Assembly (NCBI GenBank): GCA_965116425.1
Contig: OZ220689.1
Coordinates: 2,280,134-2,344,133, forward strand
Direction of reading: 5' to 3'
DNA from: Phototrophicaceae bacterium
GTDB lineage: Bacteria > Chloroflexota > Anaerolineae > Aggregatilineales > Phototrophicaceae
DNA: 64,000 bases
Under the pieces are notes generated by a model that saw nothing but the letters and a program-made list of their open reading frames with translations, was not told the origin of the DNA and made no database searches. Below are positions 47,261 through 57,600 of this stretch, one piece after another (position 1 is the first letter of the stretch; each line of letters begins with the position of its first letter). The position numbers and the translations under genes were made by a program.

Positions 47261-48229
47261 ATGGTTAATGTCCGACGCGCTGCCACGCAAGAGGAACTGA
47301 GGTTGATGTCGCGAGTGGCATATCTCTATCACATGCGCCACCTGAAGCAGTCGAAGATTGCGCAGCAATTAGATCTGTCGCAAGCGACTATCTCCCGCTT
47401 GCTGCGCCGTGCCGAGCGCGACAAGATTGTGAAGACGACGGTGAATATCCCGACCAATATTCACACCGAGCTGGAGGATGAACTCTGCTCCAAATACGGG
47501 CTGAAGTCTGCAATTGTCGTGCATTGCGACGATGAAAGCGATGAGGCGGTCATCCACCATATTGGCAGCGCCGCCGCCTATTACGTGGAGACGACGCTGG
47601 GTCGCAATGAAGTGGTCGGACTGTCGTCCTGGAGCTCGGCTTTGTTGGCGATGGTGGATGCGATGCATCCGCTTGCGCGCGCGTCAGACGCCAAAGTTGT
47701 GCAAATCCTGGGCGGAATGGGGGAGCCGTCGGCGGAGATGTACGCTGCCCGCATCACGGAGCGCTTCGCAGCGCTAGTGCAAGGCGAGCCGGTCTATCTT
47801 CCCGCGCCCGGTGTCTCCCGGTCCGGGGAGATTCGTCGGGAATTGGAAACGGATGTCTATGTGAGTGAAGCGCTGAATTGCTTCGAGCGCATTACATTTG
47901 CCATCGTCGGTATCGGCAGTATCGAGCCATCGAAACTTCTGGCGAGCAGCGGCAATGTATTTTCCGCCATTGAGCTGAGCGCGTTGAAGCAGGCGGGTGC
48001 AGTTGGCGATATCTGTCTGCGCTTCTATGACGCAGGCGGCCGTCAGGTGGCGCTGCCGCTTGACAAGCGCGTGGTTAGCATTCGACTGAAGCAGCTTGTC
48101 AAAGCCAACCGCGTTCTGGCTCTAGCCGGCGGCAAGCGCAAGATAGAAGCCATACGCGGCGCTTTAGCGGGTGGGCTAGTGAATACCGTGATCACCGATC
48201 AATGGACGGCTGGCGCTTTGATGGCATGA
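47261..48229 (+). CDS. SorC/DeoR-type sugar-binding transcriptional regulator
   Basis: HTH region SKIAQQLDLSQATISRLLRRA, plus a sugar-phosphate-binding C-terminal domain. Confidence 0.8.
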   Translation: MVNVRRAATQEELRLMSRVAYLYHMRHLKQSKIAQQLDLSQATISRLLRRAERDKIVKTTVNIPTNIHTELEDELCSKYGLKSAIVVHCDDESDEAVIHHIGSAAAYYVETTLGRNEVVGLSSWSSALLAMVDAMHPLARASDAKVVQILGGMGEPSAEMYAARITERFAALVQGEPVYLPAPGVSRSGEIRRELETDVYVSEALNCFERITFAIVGIGSIEPSKLLASSGNVFSAIELSALKQAGAVGDICLRFYDAGGRQVALPLDKRVVSIRLKQLVKANRVLALAGGKRKIEAIRGALAGGLVNTVITDQWTAGALMA

Positions 48230-49086
48230 CCTCGAACGTCGGCCTGAGCAAGGAATCTGCTGTGCAGGTAAGACAATTGCAGCGAAAATCAATCGAATAT
48301 CGAAAGGCGATTCTGCGCAGCATAAAGTCGGCGAAAGCTGGGCATACCGCCGGCAGCCATTCCTGCATTGACATCCTGAACGCGCTCTATAACTACGTCA
48401 TGGATATCACGCCGCAGAACTTCTCCTCTACCGAGCGTGACCGCTATGTTCAGTGCAAGGGACATTCGGTTGAGGCGCTCTATGTCGTGCTGGCGGACCA
48501 AGGCTTCTTCCCTGCTTCCGAGTTGGATACCTTGAGCCGCTTCCAATCGCACTTTGTCGGGCATCCCACGCGCAAGGTCCCCGGTGTGGAGCACAACACC
48601 GGCGCTCTGGGGCACGGCCTTTCCGTCAGTGTCGGTTTGGCGATGGGCGCGAAAATTAGCGAAAGTCCGCATCGCGTCTTCACCTTGCTTGGCGATGGCG
48701 AACTTGCCGAAGGCTCCAGCTGGGAAGCGCTTATGGCCGCCTGCCACTACAAGCTGGATAACCTCGTCATCATCGTCGACCGCAATGGATTGCAAATCAC
48801 AGGCGCTACCGAGGATGTAATGGGGTTGGAGCCGCTGGCGGAGAAATTCGCCGTTTTTGGCTGCGCCGTCAACGGCTGCGATGGCAACGATGTCGCTGCG
48901 CTCGTGCGCGCGTTTGACCGTCTTCCCTTTGAGCGCGGCAAGCCCAATCTGCTTTTGGCGCGCACGATCAAGGGGGCCGGGGTCAGTTTCATGGAAGACG
49001 TCGTGAAATGGCATCACAAGGTGCCGGCCGACGACGAATACCAAGCGGCGCTGGCCGAGCTGGAAATCGCGGAGTCTGCCCTATGA
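48226..49086 (+). CDS. Transketolase, N-terminal (TPP-binding) subunit
   Basis: GHTAGSHSCIDILNALY and LGDGELAEGSSWEA. ATGA overlap with the regulator stop. Confidence 0.85.
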   Translation: MTSNVGLSKESAVQVRQLQRKSIEYRKAILRSIKSAKAGHTAGSHSCIDILNALYNYVMDITPQNFSSTERDRYVQCKGHSVEALYVVLADQGFFPASELDTLSRFQSHFVGHPTRKVPGVEHNTGALGHGLSVSVGLAMGAKISESPHRVFTLLGDGELAEGSSWEALMAACHYKLDNLVIIVDRNGLQITGATEDVMGLEPLAEKFAVFGCAVNGCDGNDVAALVRAFDRLPFERGKPNLLLARTIKGAGVSFMEDVVKWHHKVPADDEYQAALAELEIAESAL

Positions 49087-50033
49087 TCGCGCCGGCAACA
49101 GGTCGCGCGAACCTGGAAGTCTTCGCTGGCACCTTGCTTAAGCTGGCGCGCTGTGACCCGTCTATCGTAGTTGTCACCAGCGACTCCCGCGGGTCGGGCA
49201 AGTTGGTTGCCTTTGGCGAAGAGCTGCCCGACCAGCTGATAGAAATGGGTATCGCCAAGCAGAATCTTGTTGGCGTCGCCGCCGGCCTGGCAATGTCGGG
49301 CAAGAAGGTCTTCGCCGTCTCGCCAGCTTGCTTCCTCACCGCTCGCTCGCTGGAGCAGATCAAAAATGACATCGCCTATTCCGATCATCCGGCCAAAGTC
49401 ATTGGCATCAGTGCCGGCGTTAGTTACGGCGCGCTCGGGACCACCCATCATTCCTTGCACGATTTTGCCGCCCTGCGCGCAATCAATAACATCGACATAC
49501 TTGCGCCCGCGGACAATTTCGAAACCAGCGAGGCGATTAAGGCGGTGATGCATCACCCCTGTCCTGCCTACATCCGCTATGGTAAGAAGCCCCTGCTGGA
49601 ATTGCATGCGCCCTGCACCCGATTTGAGATTGGCAAAGCTATCATCCTCCGTGAAGGCAGTGATCTTACATTTATCGCAACTGGCGAGCCAGCCGGACGC
49701 GCGCTGCTGGCGGCGCAGGCATTGGAGGCCGATGGGATCTGCTGCGGAGTCATCAGTATGCACACGGTCAAACCGCTCGATGTCAACGCTCTGCTTCACG
49801 CGGCGCGCCATTCCCGCGCTATTATCACCGTTGAAGAGCACAGTGTTTATGGCGGGCTGGGCGAAGCTTGCGCCGCAGTTTTGCTGCATGCAGGTCTCAG
49901 CTTGCCCTTCAAGATTGTTGCGATACCGGATGAATACACCGTAACGGGCGATCAGCTGGAGATCTTTGACCACTATGGCATCTCCACCGACGGGCTGGCA
50001 AAGACCGCCAGAGAATTGCTGAGCAGGCGCTAG
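49083..50033 (+). CDS. Transketolase, C-terminal (pyrimidine-binding) subunit
   Basis: ATG 49083 (MIAPATGRANLEVFAGTL...). MGIAKQNLVGVAAGLA. ATGA overlap with the N-subunit stop. Confidence 0.85.
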   Translation: MIAPATGRANLEVFAGTLLKLARCDPSIVVVTSDSRGSGKLVAFGEELPDQLIEMGIAKQNLVGVAAGLAMSGKKVFAVSPACFLTARSLEQIKNDIAYSDHPAKVIGISAGVSYGALGTTHHSLHDFAALRAINNIDILAPADNFETSEAIKAVMHHPCPAYIRYGKKPLLELHAPCTRFEIGKAIILREGSDLTFIATGEPAGRALLAAQALEADGICCGVISMHTVKPLDVNALLHAARHSRAIITVEEHSVYGGLGEACAAVLLHAGLSLPFKIVAIPDEYTVTGDQLEIFDHYGISTDGLAKTARELLSRR

Positions 50034-50036
50034 GCG

Positions 50037-51512
50037 ATGAATACGATTCTCGCGCTCGACCAAAGCACATCCGCGACAAAAACGTTGCTCTTTAGTTTAT
50101 CCGGCCAGCTTCTGGATCAAGCCACGGTCGTACACAAGCAGTATTATCCACAGCCCGGTTGGGTTGAGCATGACGCCGAAGAAATCTACCAGAACACGCT
50201 GACGGCGTCGCGGACACTCCTGGCGCGTCATCGCGCCGGCTTGCGCCAGCTCGCCGGCCTGAGCATCACCAATCAGCGCGAGACCATCGTCGTTTTCGAC
50301 CGCGCGACTGGCGAGCCTCTCTATCCCGCCATCGTCTGGCAATGTCGCCGCGGCGATCCCATCTGCCAGGAATTGATCAGCGCCGGTCATGAGGATACGG
50401 TATTCGCGCGGACTGGACTCAAAATTGATACATATTTCCCGGCGCCGAAGCTTACCTGGCTGCTGCGCGAAGAGCCAGATATCAGGCGCCGGCTTGAGAC
50501 GGGAAGCGCGCTGATCGGGACGATTGACGCTTACTTGATCTACCGCTTGACGAGGAGCGCGATCTTCGCCACCGATCACAGCAATGCCAGCCGCACACTC
50601 CTCTTCAATATCAATACGCTGGCCTGGGACGAAGACCTCTGCGCTCTCTTTGAGATTCTGTCCGGCGCATTGCCTGAAGTACACGAGAGCAGTGCCTTTT
50701 TCGGGCAGACCGATCTGGAGGGTGCGCTTGAATCTCCAATACCTATATGCGGCGTCATGGGGGATTCCCAGGCGGCGCTCTTCGCCCAACGTTGCTACAC
50801 GCCTGGCGACGCCAAAGTGACCATCGGCACTGGCTCATCGGTCATGCTGAATATTGGGCACGAGCCCTTGCTTTCGCGGAACGGGCTGCTCACCGCCATG
50901 GGTTGGGTCTACGAAACGAGGCCAGTTTATGCCTTTGAAGGCATTATCAATTATGCAGGCGCGACCGTCGCCTGGTTGCGCGACGGGTTGGAACTGATCG
51001 ATAACAGCGCCGAAACCGAACATCTGGCGAGCAGCGTTGAGGACAATGGCGGGGTTTACCTCGTGCCCGCCTTCGTCGGCCTAAACGCGCCATACTGGCG
51101 GGCTGATGTAAAGGCTGCCATCGTCGGCTTGACGCCCGGAGCCACCAAGGCGCATGTCGCCCGCGCCGCGCTGGAATCCATCGCCTACCAGATCAAGGAG
51201 GTCCTTGACCTGATGAAGGATGAGGCCAAAGCCGATCTTACGATCATCCGCGCCGATGGCGGCGCCACGCAAAATGCTTTCCTGATGCAGGTGGTCGCGG
51301 ACCTAACCGGCATCGCCGTTCGCGCATCGGCTCTGCCCGAACTCTCGGCGCTGGGCGCGGTCTACGCCGGAATGCTCGGTTTGGGCATCCGTGACATGAG
51401 CGAACTGCGCGAGTTGGCCGCCAACTACAGTGAATATCAGGCGGCGATGACCGCTGACATGGCGGAAAAATTGCACGGCGGCTGGAAAGCGGCTGTGCGG
51501 CAGGTCCTGTGA
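50037..51512 (+). CDS. FGGY family carbohydrate kinase (glycerol-kinase-like)
   Basis: ILALDQSTSATK, GWVEHDAEEI, ITNQRET and ADGGATQN motifs. Confidence 0.85.
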   Translation: MNTILALDQSTSATKTLLFSLSGQLLDQATVVHKQYYPQPGWVEHDAEEIYQNTLTASRTLLARHRAGLRQLAGLSITNQRETIVVFDRATGEPLYPAIVWQCRRGDPICQELISAGHEDTVFARTGLKIDTYFPAPKLTWLLREEPDIRRRLETGSALIGTIDAYLIYRLTRSAIFATDHSNASRTLLFNINTLAWDEDLCALFEILSGALPEVHESSAFFGQTDLEGALESPIPICGVMGDSQAALFAQRCYTPGDAKVTIGTGSSVMLNIGHEPLLSRNGLLTAMGWVYETRPVYAFEGIINYAGATVAWLRDGLELIDNSAETEHLASSVEDNGGVYLVPAFVGLNAPYWRADVKAAIVGLTPGATKAHVARAALESIAYQIKEVLDLMKDEAKADLTIIRADGGATQNAFLMQVVADLTGIAVRASALPELSALGAVYAGMLGLGIRDMSELRELAANYSEYQAAMTADMAEKLHGGWKAAVRQVL

Positions 51513-52278
51513 TTTTCTGTACAACATTTTGATTGAGGTGCTGAAATGGCAGACAAGCAACTGACTTTGGGCGTGATCATCGGCAATCGCGATTTCTTCC
51601 CCGACGCGCTCATCACCGAAGGGCGCAAGGACATTCTGGAAGTGCTCGCGGCGGAGAATGTCCGCCCCATCCTCCTGGACGAGGACGCCACCAAACTGGG
51701 CGGGTGGAGACTTGGGAGAACGCCAAGAAGTGCGCCGACCTCTTCAATCAACATCGCCGCGAGATCGATGGCATCCTCATCTCCCTCCCGAATTTCGGCG
51801 ACGAAAAGGGCATCGCGGAGACGATAAAACTGTCAGAGCTGCAAGTGCCCATCCTGGTGCAAGCCTATCCCGACGACCTCAACGCATTGATCCCATCGCG
51901 GCGGCGCGATGCCTTCTGCGGCAAGATCTCTGTCTGTAACAACTTGTATCAATACGGCTTCAATTACAGCGTGACGCAGGATCACACGGTGTATCCCAAG
52001 AGCGGATCGTTCAAGCGGGACCTCCGCAAGTTCCTCGGCATCTGCCGTGTGGTTCGCGGCTTGAAGAGCGCGCGGCTGGGCGCGGTCGGCGCGCGTCCCA
52101 ACGCCTTTAACACAACCCGCTACAGCGAGAAACTACTCCAGGCCTTTGGCATTAGTGTGTAGACGCTCGACTTGACTGACATCTTTGGACCGGCGCGCAA
52201 ACTTGCCGACGACGACGCGCGCGTCCAAGAGCGCATCGGCAAGATCACCGCCTATGTCAAGACTGAGGGTGTGCCTGC

Positions 52279-53513
52279 CAGAGCAATCGCACCAAGAAAT
52301 GAAAGGTGAATAGAATGGGTTCATCAATACGGATGAGGAGAGCCCGAGATGAGCCCAAGTGGCATAGCGGAGGCCTTTGCCAGTTTAGAAGATCCGCGTC
52401 GCGAACATGGTCAATTACACCCGTTGCTGGATATCATCATCATCGCGATCTGCGCGGTGATCAGCGGCGCCGAGACCTGGGTGGACATTGTTGATTTTGG
52501 CGAGGATAAAGAGGAATGGTTAAGGGGATTTTTAGAGTTGCCTAACGGTATTCCTTCGCACGATACATTTGCCCGCGTCTTCCAACTATTAGACCCTCAG
52601 CAGGTACAGTTGTGCTACCAAGATTGGATTAGCAGCATCAAGCCAGTATTAGCTGAAGGCGATATTGTGGCAATAGACGGCAAGACGATGCGGCGCAGCC
52701 ATGATCGTAGGCAAGGAAAGAGCGCCTTGCATCTGTTGCATGCCTGGTCAGTGGAAGCCGGCTTGGTCTTGGGCAAGCGCGCTGTGGACGCGAAAAGCAA
52801 TGAGATACCTGAAATTCCCGAATTGCTGAAATTGCTGTATTTGAAAGGCTGTATCGTGACTTTGGACGCGATGGGCTGTCAGAAAGACATCGTGAAGTCT
52901 ATTGTTAGCGAGCACGGAGCGGATTATGTCATAGCCTTAAAGGAAAATCAGGGCAGTTTGTACGATGCAGCCCAGTCCCTTTTCGCTTATGCGGATGACC
53001 GCCATCCGCGCTTGATAGGTCAATATAGTCACAACGAAGAAATCAGCAAGCCGCGTGGTCGTGTCGAGCGCCGGGTCTGTGAAGTGATGACCGATGCCGC
53101 TGTCTTGAATGACTTAAGCCAGCAAGAAGGCTGGACGCGCTTGCAGTCGCTAGTCCGCGTCCAACATGCCCAATTACTGGATGGGCAGTGGCAAAACACG
53201 CAGACGCGCTATTTTATCTCCTCTTTACAAGGGAAGGATGCCAATCAACTCCAGCGAATAATTCGTTCGCACTGGCACATTGAAAATAAACTCCATCGGG
53301 TCTTGGATGTGACCTTTCGGCAAGACGACAGCCGTATTCGTGTAGGACACAGCCCAGAAAATTTCGCTGTGCTACAGCATATCGCCTTGGCTTTGCTCAA
53401 AAAACACCCCAAAAAAATCAGCCTGCGGCGCAAGCGATTACAGTCAGCGCGGAACGATAAGCTTCGATGGCAAATCCTCAAAGCATTTTCCGAATAGTGG
53501 TGCGATTGCTCTG
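52279..53513 (+). mobile_element. ISAs1-family insertion sequence (1235 bp)
   Basis: 16-bp perfect TIRs CAGAGCAATCGCACCA / TGGTGCGATTGCTCTG. 9-bp target duplication TGTGCCTGC (52270-52278 and 53514-53522). Confidence 0.9.
52349..53497 (+). CDS. ISAs1 family transposase (H-repeat-associated type)
   Basis: 382 aa. N-terminal [39 protein letters not shown], and a DDE region (VAIDGKTMR..., TLDAMGCQK..., HWHIENKLH). Confidence 0.9.
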   Translation: MSPSGIAEAFASLEDPRREHGQLHPLLDIIIIAICAVISGAETWVDIVDFGEDKEEWLRGFLELPNGIPSHDTFARVFQLLDPQQVQLCYQDWISSIKPVLAEGDIVAIDGKTMRRSHDRRQGKSALHLLHAWSVEAGLVLGKRAVDAKSNEIPEIPELLKLLYLKGCIVTLDAMGCQKDIVKSIVSEHGADYVIALKENQGSLYDAAQSLFAYADDRHPRLIGQYSHNEEISKPRGRVERRVCEVMTDAAVLNDLSQQEGWTRLQSLVRVQHAQLLDGQWQNTQTRYFISSLQGKDANQLQRIIRSHWHIENKLHRVLDVTFRQDDSRIRVGHSPENFAVLQHIALALLKKHPKKISLRRKRLQSARNDKLRWQILKAFSE

Positions 53514-54297
53514 TGTGCCTGCCCCTTCGCTGCTAAAGATGGCAAAGATCGGCGTCCTTCTCGACGAGTGGATGGGCGCGCTGGATATCACGGCAACCGC
53601 GCTGCAATGTTGGGATTCGCTGCAACTGAACTACGGCGTCAACATCTGCACGCTGATGAGCATGATGAGCGAGCAGTTGCTGCCCAGCGCCTGCGAGGGG
53701 GATATCACCGGCGTCGTCTCGATGTACGCGCTACAGTTGGCGTCGGAGACGCCGAGCGCGCTGGTCGACTGGAACAATAACTACGCCGATGATCCGAACA
53801 AGTGTGTTGTCTTCCACTGCGGCAATTGGGCGAAGAGCTTCTTTGATGACGACTTTAAAATGGAGTATGCGCCGATCTTGGGCTCGACTTTAGGCGATGA
53901 GAATACCTACGGCGTGGTCGCGGGCCGTACGCCGCCGGGCCCCTTCAGTTATGCGCGTGTGACCACGGACGACCGCAACGGTGTGATGCGCGCCTACGTT
54001 GGCGACGGCATGTTCGTCGATGCCCCCTTGGACACGTTTGGCAGCCGCGCCGTTGTCGAAGTGCCGGAATTGCAGACGCTGATGCGTCATATCTGCACCA
54101 AGGGCTTCGAACATCACGCAGCGATGAATCGGTCGCATTCGGCCGATATTCTCAGCGAAGCCTTTTCAACCTACTTCGACTGGGATGTGTATCATCACTG
54201 CTGACCTGCTTTCCTGCGCCGTGTTATCAACGCGTACACCGGTTTGCTTCAGGAAAGCCCCCTTCTGTAGCAACCATCAGATAGCCATCGAGAATGA

Positions 54298-54690
54298 TTG
54301 GATTTCTACCTGCAAATGGCCGTTGCGGACATTCGCTCGGAGGCAGTGCCGCTTAAAAACCGGTTCCATCTCGATCGCTTTCATACTTTCTTTGAAGAAC
54401 GCTGCAGCCGGGAGAAAATCAGCTCTTGGTTGAAACGCAATGTCCTAGCTTGGCGCGAGCACTTGCGAACCGAACGATTAGCGGCTTCCGCTATTAATAA
54501 TCACATGGCGTCACTCGTGGGATTTGCCGCCTGAGCGCAGACGCAAGATACGGCTGCGTCCGCAAATGGTGATCCGGCAAAGGGCATTGGTGACCTGCCA
54601 CTGCCGCCGCTAGATCCTCGCCCGCTGGACGAAGATCAGTTGCGGTCATTGAAGATTGAGGAATTCTAGGACAACTCGAATTGGGCCGTC
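54298..54690 (+). pseudogene. Tyrosine recombinase, N-terminal (core-binding/SAM-like) fragment with an internal stop
   Basis: ...FHLDRFHTFFEE...VLAWREHLRTERLAASAINNHMASLVGFAA-TGA-AQ...DPRPLDEDQLRSL. The TGA sits where Trp is typical, and the catalytic domain is absent. Confidence 0.55.
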
Positions 54691-54693
54691 CGA

Positions 54694-57600
54694 TTATCCG
54701 CCGCTGATGGCCAGGTCGATGGCATCCCAAGTGAACCAGGCGGCGTTGCTGATTTGAATTTCCAAGGTGTTGCGGCCCTTTTGCAGCGTCCCGGCCGGCA
54801 AGTGAAACGTGGCCGTCTGCGGGAATGCCAGGTGAGCGGGATCTCGATTCTGTATGCCGAGTCCGGTCGGCAATGAGCCCTCGAATTGATTGCCGTTGAC
54901 GGTCACCAGCAGCTGGACGGCGCGCTCGCAGTCCTGGTCGGCGGTATGCAAGCGCAAGCACGACGGCTGCCGCCAGCCCTGGGTGATATCGAAGTGGAAG
55001 CGGACGGTGCGATCCCCCGTCATCAGGAAAGGCAGGGTGGAGGGCTCGGGACGGTTGCCGGCGATGGTCAGGTCCAATTTGCCGCTGATGGTGGAGATAT
55101 CCGAAAACCCCTGATAATCACGGGTCATGGCATCGCGCCTGCCAATGGAGAACAGCAGGTCGTCGCCGGGCGCGATCGTCAGATCGTCGGCGTTCCAGCA
55201 GGAGATGCGCCAGCCGGTTTGTGTCAGAGACAGCTCCATATCAGATGCTGTGGGCGCCGAGATGGTGATGACGCGGGTCTCTCCCGGCGGGATGAAAGCG
55301 TAGTTGTTGTCGATATCGATGTCGGTTCGGTAGCTGAGGGAGGGATGCGGCTCGCAGAATAGCGCCGTCATGTCGCCGCTGTTGGTCAATTCGATCTGCA
55401 GGCTCTCGCCGCCGTCATCTTGTTGATGCAGGCAATCTGTGACCTCTAGCGCTGTCCTTGCCAGTCCTGGCGCTGTGTCAGAGATTAATCCTGCCAACGG
55501 CGCTGGCGCAGCGGACGAGCCAAAAATGTGCAAGCGCTCGGAGAGGAGGTCCCCGTCGCTGCTGTGAAGTTGCGCCTCGACGACAAGCAAGCCCGCTGTA
55601 TCCTCTTCCAGCGAACCCGATTTGACTGCGCCCAAGTGGATCGTCTGGATCGGTTTGATTGATGCGCCGCCCTCATCCCACGCCAGCACTCGACCGGTCG
55701 CATCCCGCAGCAGCCAGCGCCAGCGCAGGTCAGGGGTCGGCAACGGCGCGTCGCTGACCAACCAGAGTTCGACATCAAGACCAGCGGCAGGGTCGTACAG
55801 ATTTGACGAATGTTTCAGCGACAGGCTGAGGGGCGCTAGCGCCTGTACCTGGAAGTCATACGTCATCAGTGGTCGGCCGTCATAATCGACCAGATAGGGT
55901 CCGCCGCCGTTGGGCCAGGGCTCGTTGAAGACCCACGTGGTGATGCCGCCGATACTCGGTCCCCGCCGTCGCAGGGCATCGACCGCGTAGCGCAGTCCAT
56001 GCGCGCCCAGGTATTGGCCGGCTTTGACCAGGGCCTCAAGTGTGGCAATCGGGCCGAACTGGGAATCGAGGATGGATTTCAGCAGCCAATGCTCTTTGGT
56101 AAACACCGCCTGCGCCAGGTTCTTGCGAATGAGAACAGGGTTGTCTTCGTCATAGGCAGGCCACTGACCGGCCGGTGGAATCTCTCGCTGCCAGACTTCC
56201 AGATGCGCCAGCGAATGACAGCCAAACTCGCCATAGCGCATCATTTTGTTCTCGCCGCGCCGCCAGCCGGTATCGAGCAGCTCTTCATCATCATAGTGCT
56301 TGTAGTGCGTTTGCGGGTCGTAATGCCAGGGGCTGTGACGCGCACCCTGGATGGGACAGGTCGCGCGGAATAAACGATCGTCGTTCTCGGAGACGATGCG
56401 CTCCAGAAGATGCAGCGCCGCGTGGTCATCGCCCTGATACCACCACATCTCGTTGCCGCCGGACCACTCAATGATGCAGGCGTGATTGCGATAGCGTTTG
56501 ACCAGCTGCCGTACCGTCGCCTCGAGATTTGCCAGGAAGACGTCATCAGTTTCCGGGCGGCAGCTTGACATCGGGAATTCTTGCGACAGCATAATGCCCA
56601 GTTCGTCCGCCAGATCAAGCATCGCTTCGCTTGGGAACACGCCGCCGCCCCAGACCCGCAATGTATTCATCCCCGCCGCCGCCGCCAGCCGCATCAGCCG
56701 CGGACCGCGCTCGTCCATGCGGCCGAAGAGCAAGTCCGGTGGCAGGATATTTGAGCCAATCATGCGCACCGGCCGACCATTGATCACAAGCTGGTATGGA
56801 TTGATGAAATCGTCGGGGGCGCCTTCCACTTGTTCCCAGCGGATGTCGCGCACGCCGAAGCGGGCTGAGCGCTGGTGGAGCAGTTCGCCGCTCTCCGCAT
56901 TCAGCAGCCGCGCTTCCAGCGTGTAAAGTGGCTGCGCGCCTTGGCCGTTTGGCCACCATAGCGCCGGGTCGCGCAGTTCGAGTTCGAGCTCGACGCTGTT
57001 TCCACCCGGTTCCAGCGCCGCGGAAACGCTCGACTCGAGTGTTTCCGCCTGACCCTCAATCCGAATCTCGGCAGCCACACCCATTGTGCTCAGGCAGTCG
57101 ATTTCCAGATTCACATTTATGGTGGCCAAGCGCTTATCATCCTGCAGCTCAGTCCGAACTTGCAGCCACTCAATCCGGGCGTCGCCGCTGCTTTCCAGTC
57201 GCACATCCTGCCAGATGCCAAGCGTGTAGATGTTCACGCCCCAATCCCAACCGAAGTTGGTTGGGCTTTTGAGGTCTTTGAGCAACTGGCGCGTCTGGTT
57301 GATACCGACGACGAAAAAATCGGGTCCCCATTCTTTCGGGTAATTTTCGCCGCCACCGCTCATGGCGCCGTCCGATGCCGCTAGAATATGGACCAGTTCG
57401 GGTGGGATCTGATCAATCATGATCGCTAAGCGGTTGCTTTCGCCGGGTTTGACGATGCCCGCAACGTCGAAGCCGAAACGGCGAAACATGCCGGCGTTCG
57501 CGCCCAGATGCTGTCCGTTAAGCCAGACGTCGCAGGAATAATCGACGCCGTCGAAGACCAGCTTGAGTCGCTTGCCCGCCCATGCCGCCGGCGCAGCGAA

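Larger units (their letters stand above)
51546..54204 (+). pseudogene. L-fucose/L-arabinose isomerase family gene, inactivated three ways
   Basis: Three lesions. (1) Frame change at 51702-51704: ...ATKLGG|VETWENAKK... needs one more G. (2) In-frame TAG at 52160-52162: GISV*TLDLTD. (3) ISAs1 insertion at 52279-53513. Removing the IS plus one TSD copy restores ...[23 protein letters not shown].... Confidence 0.8.
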
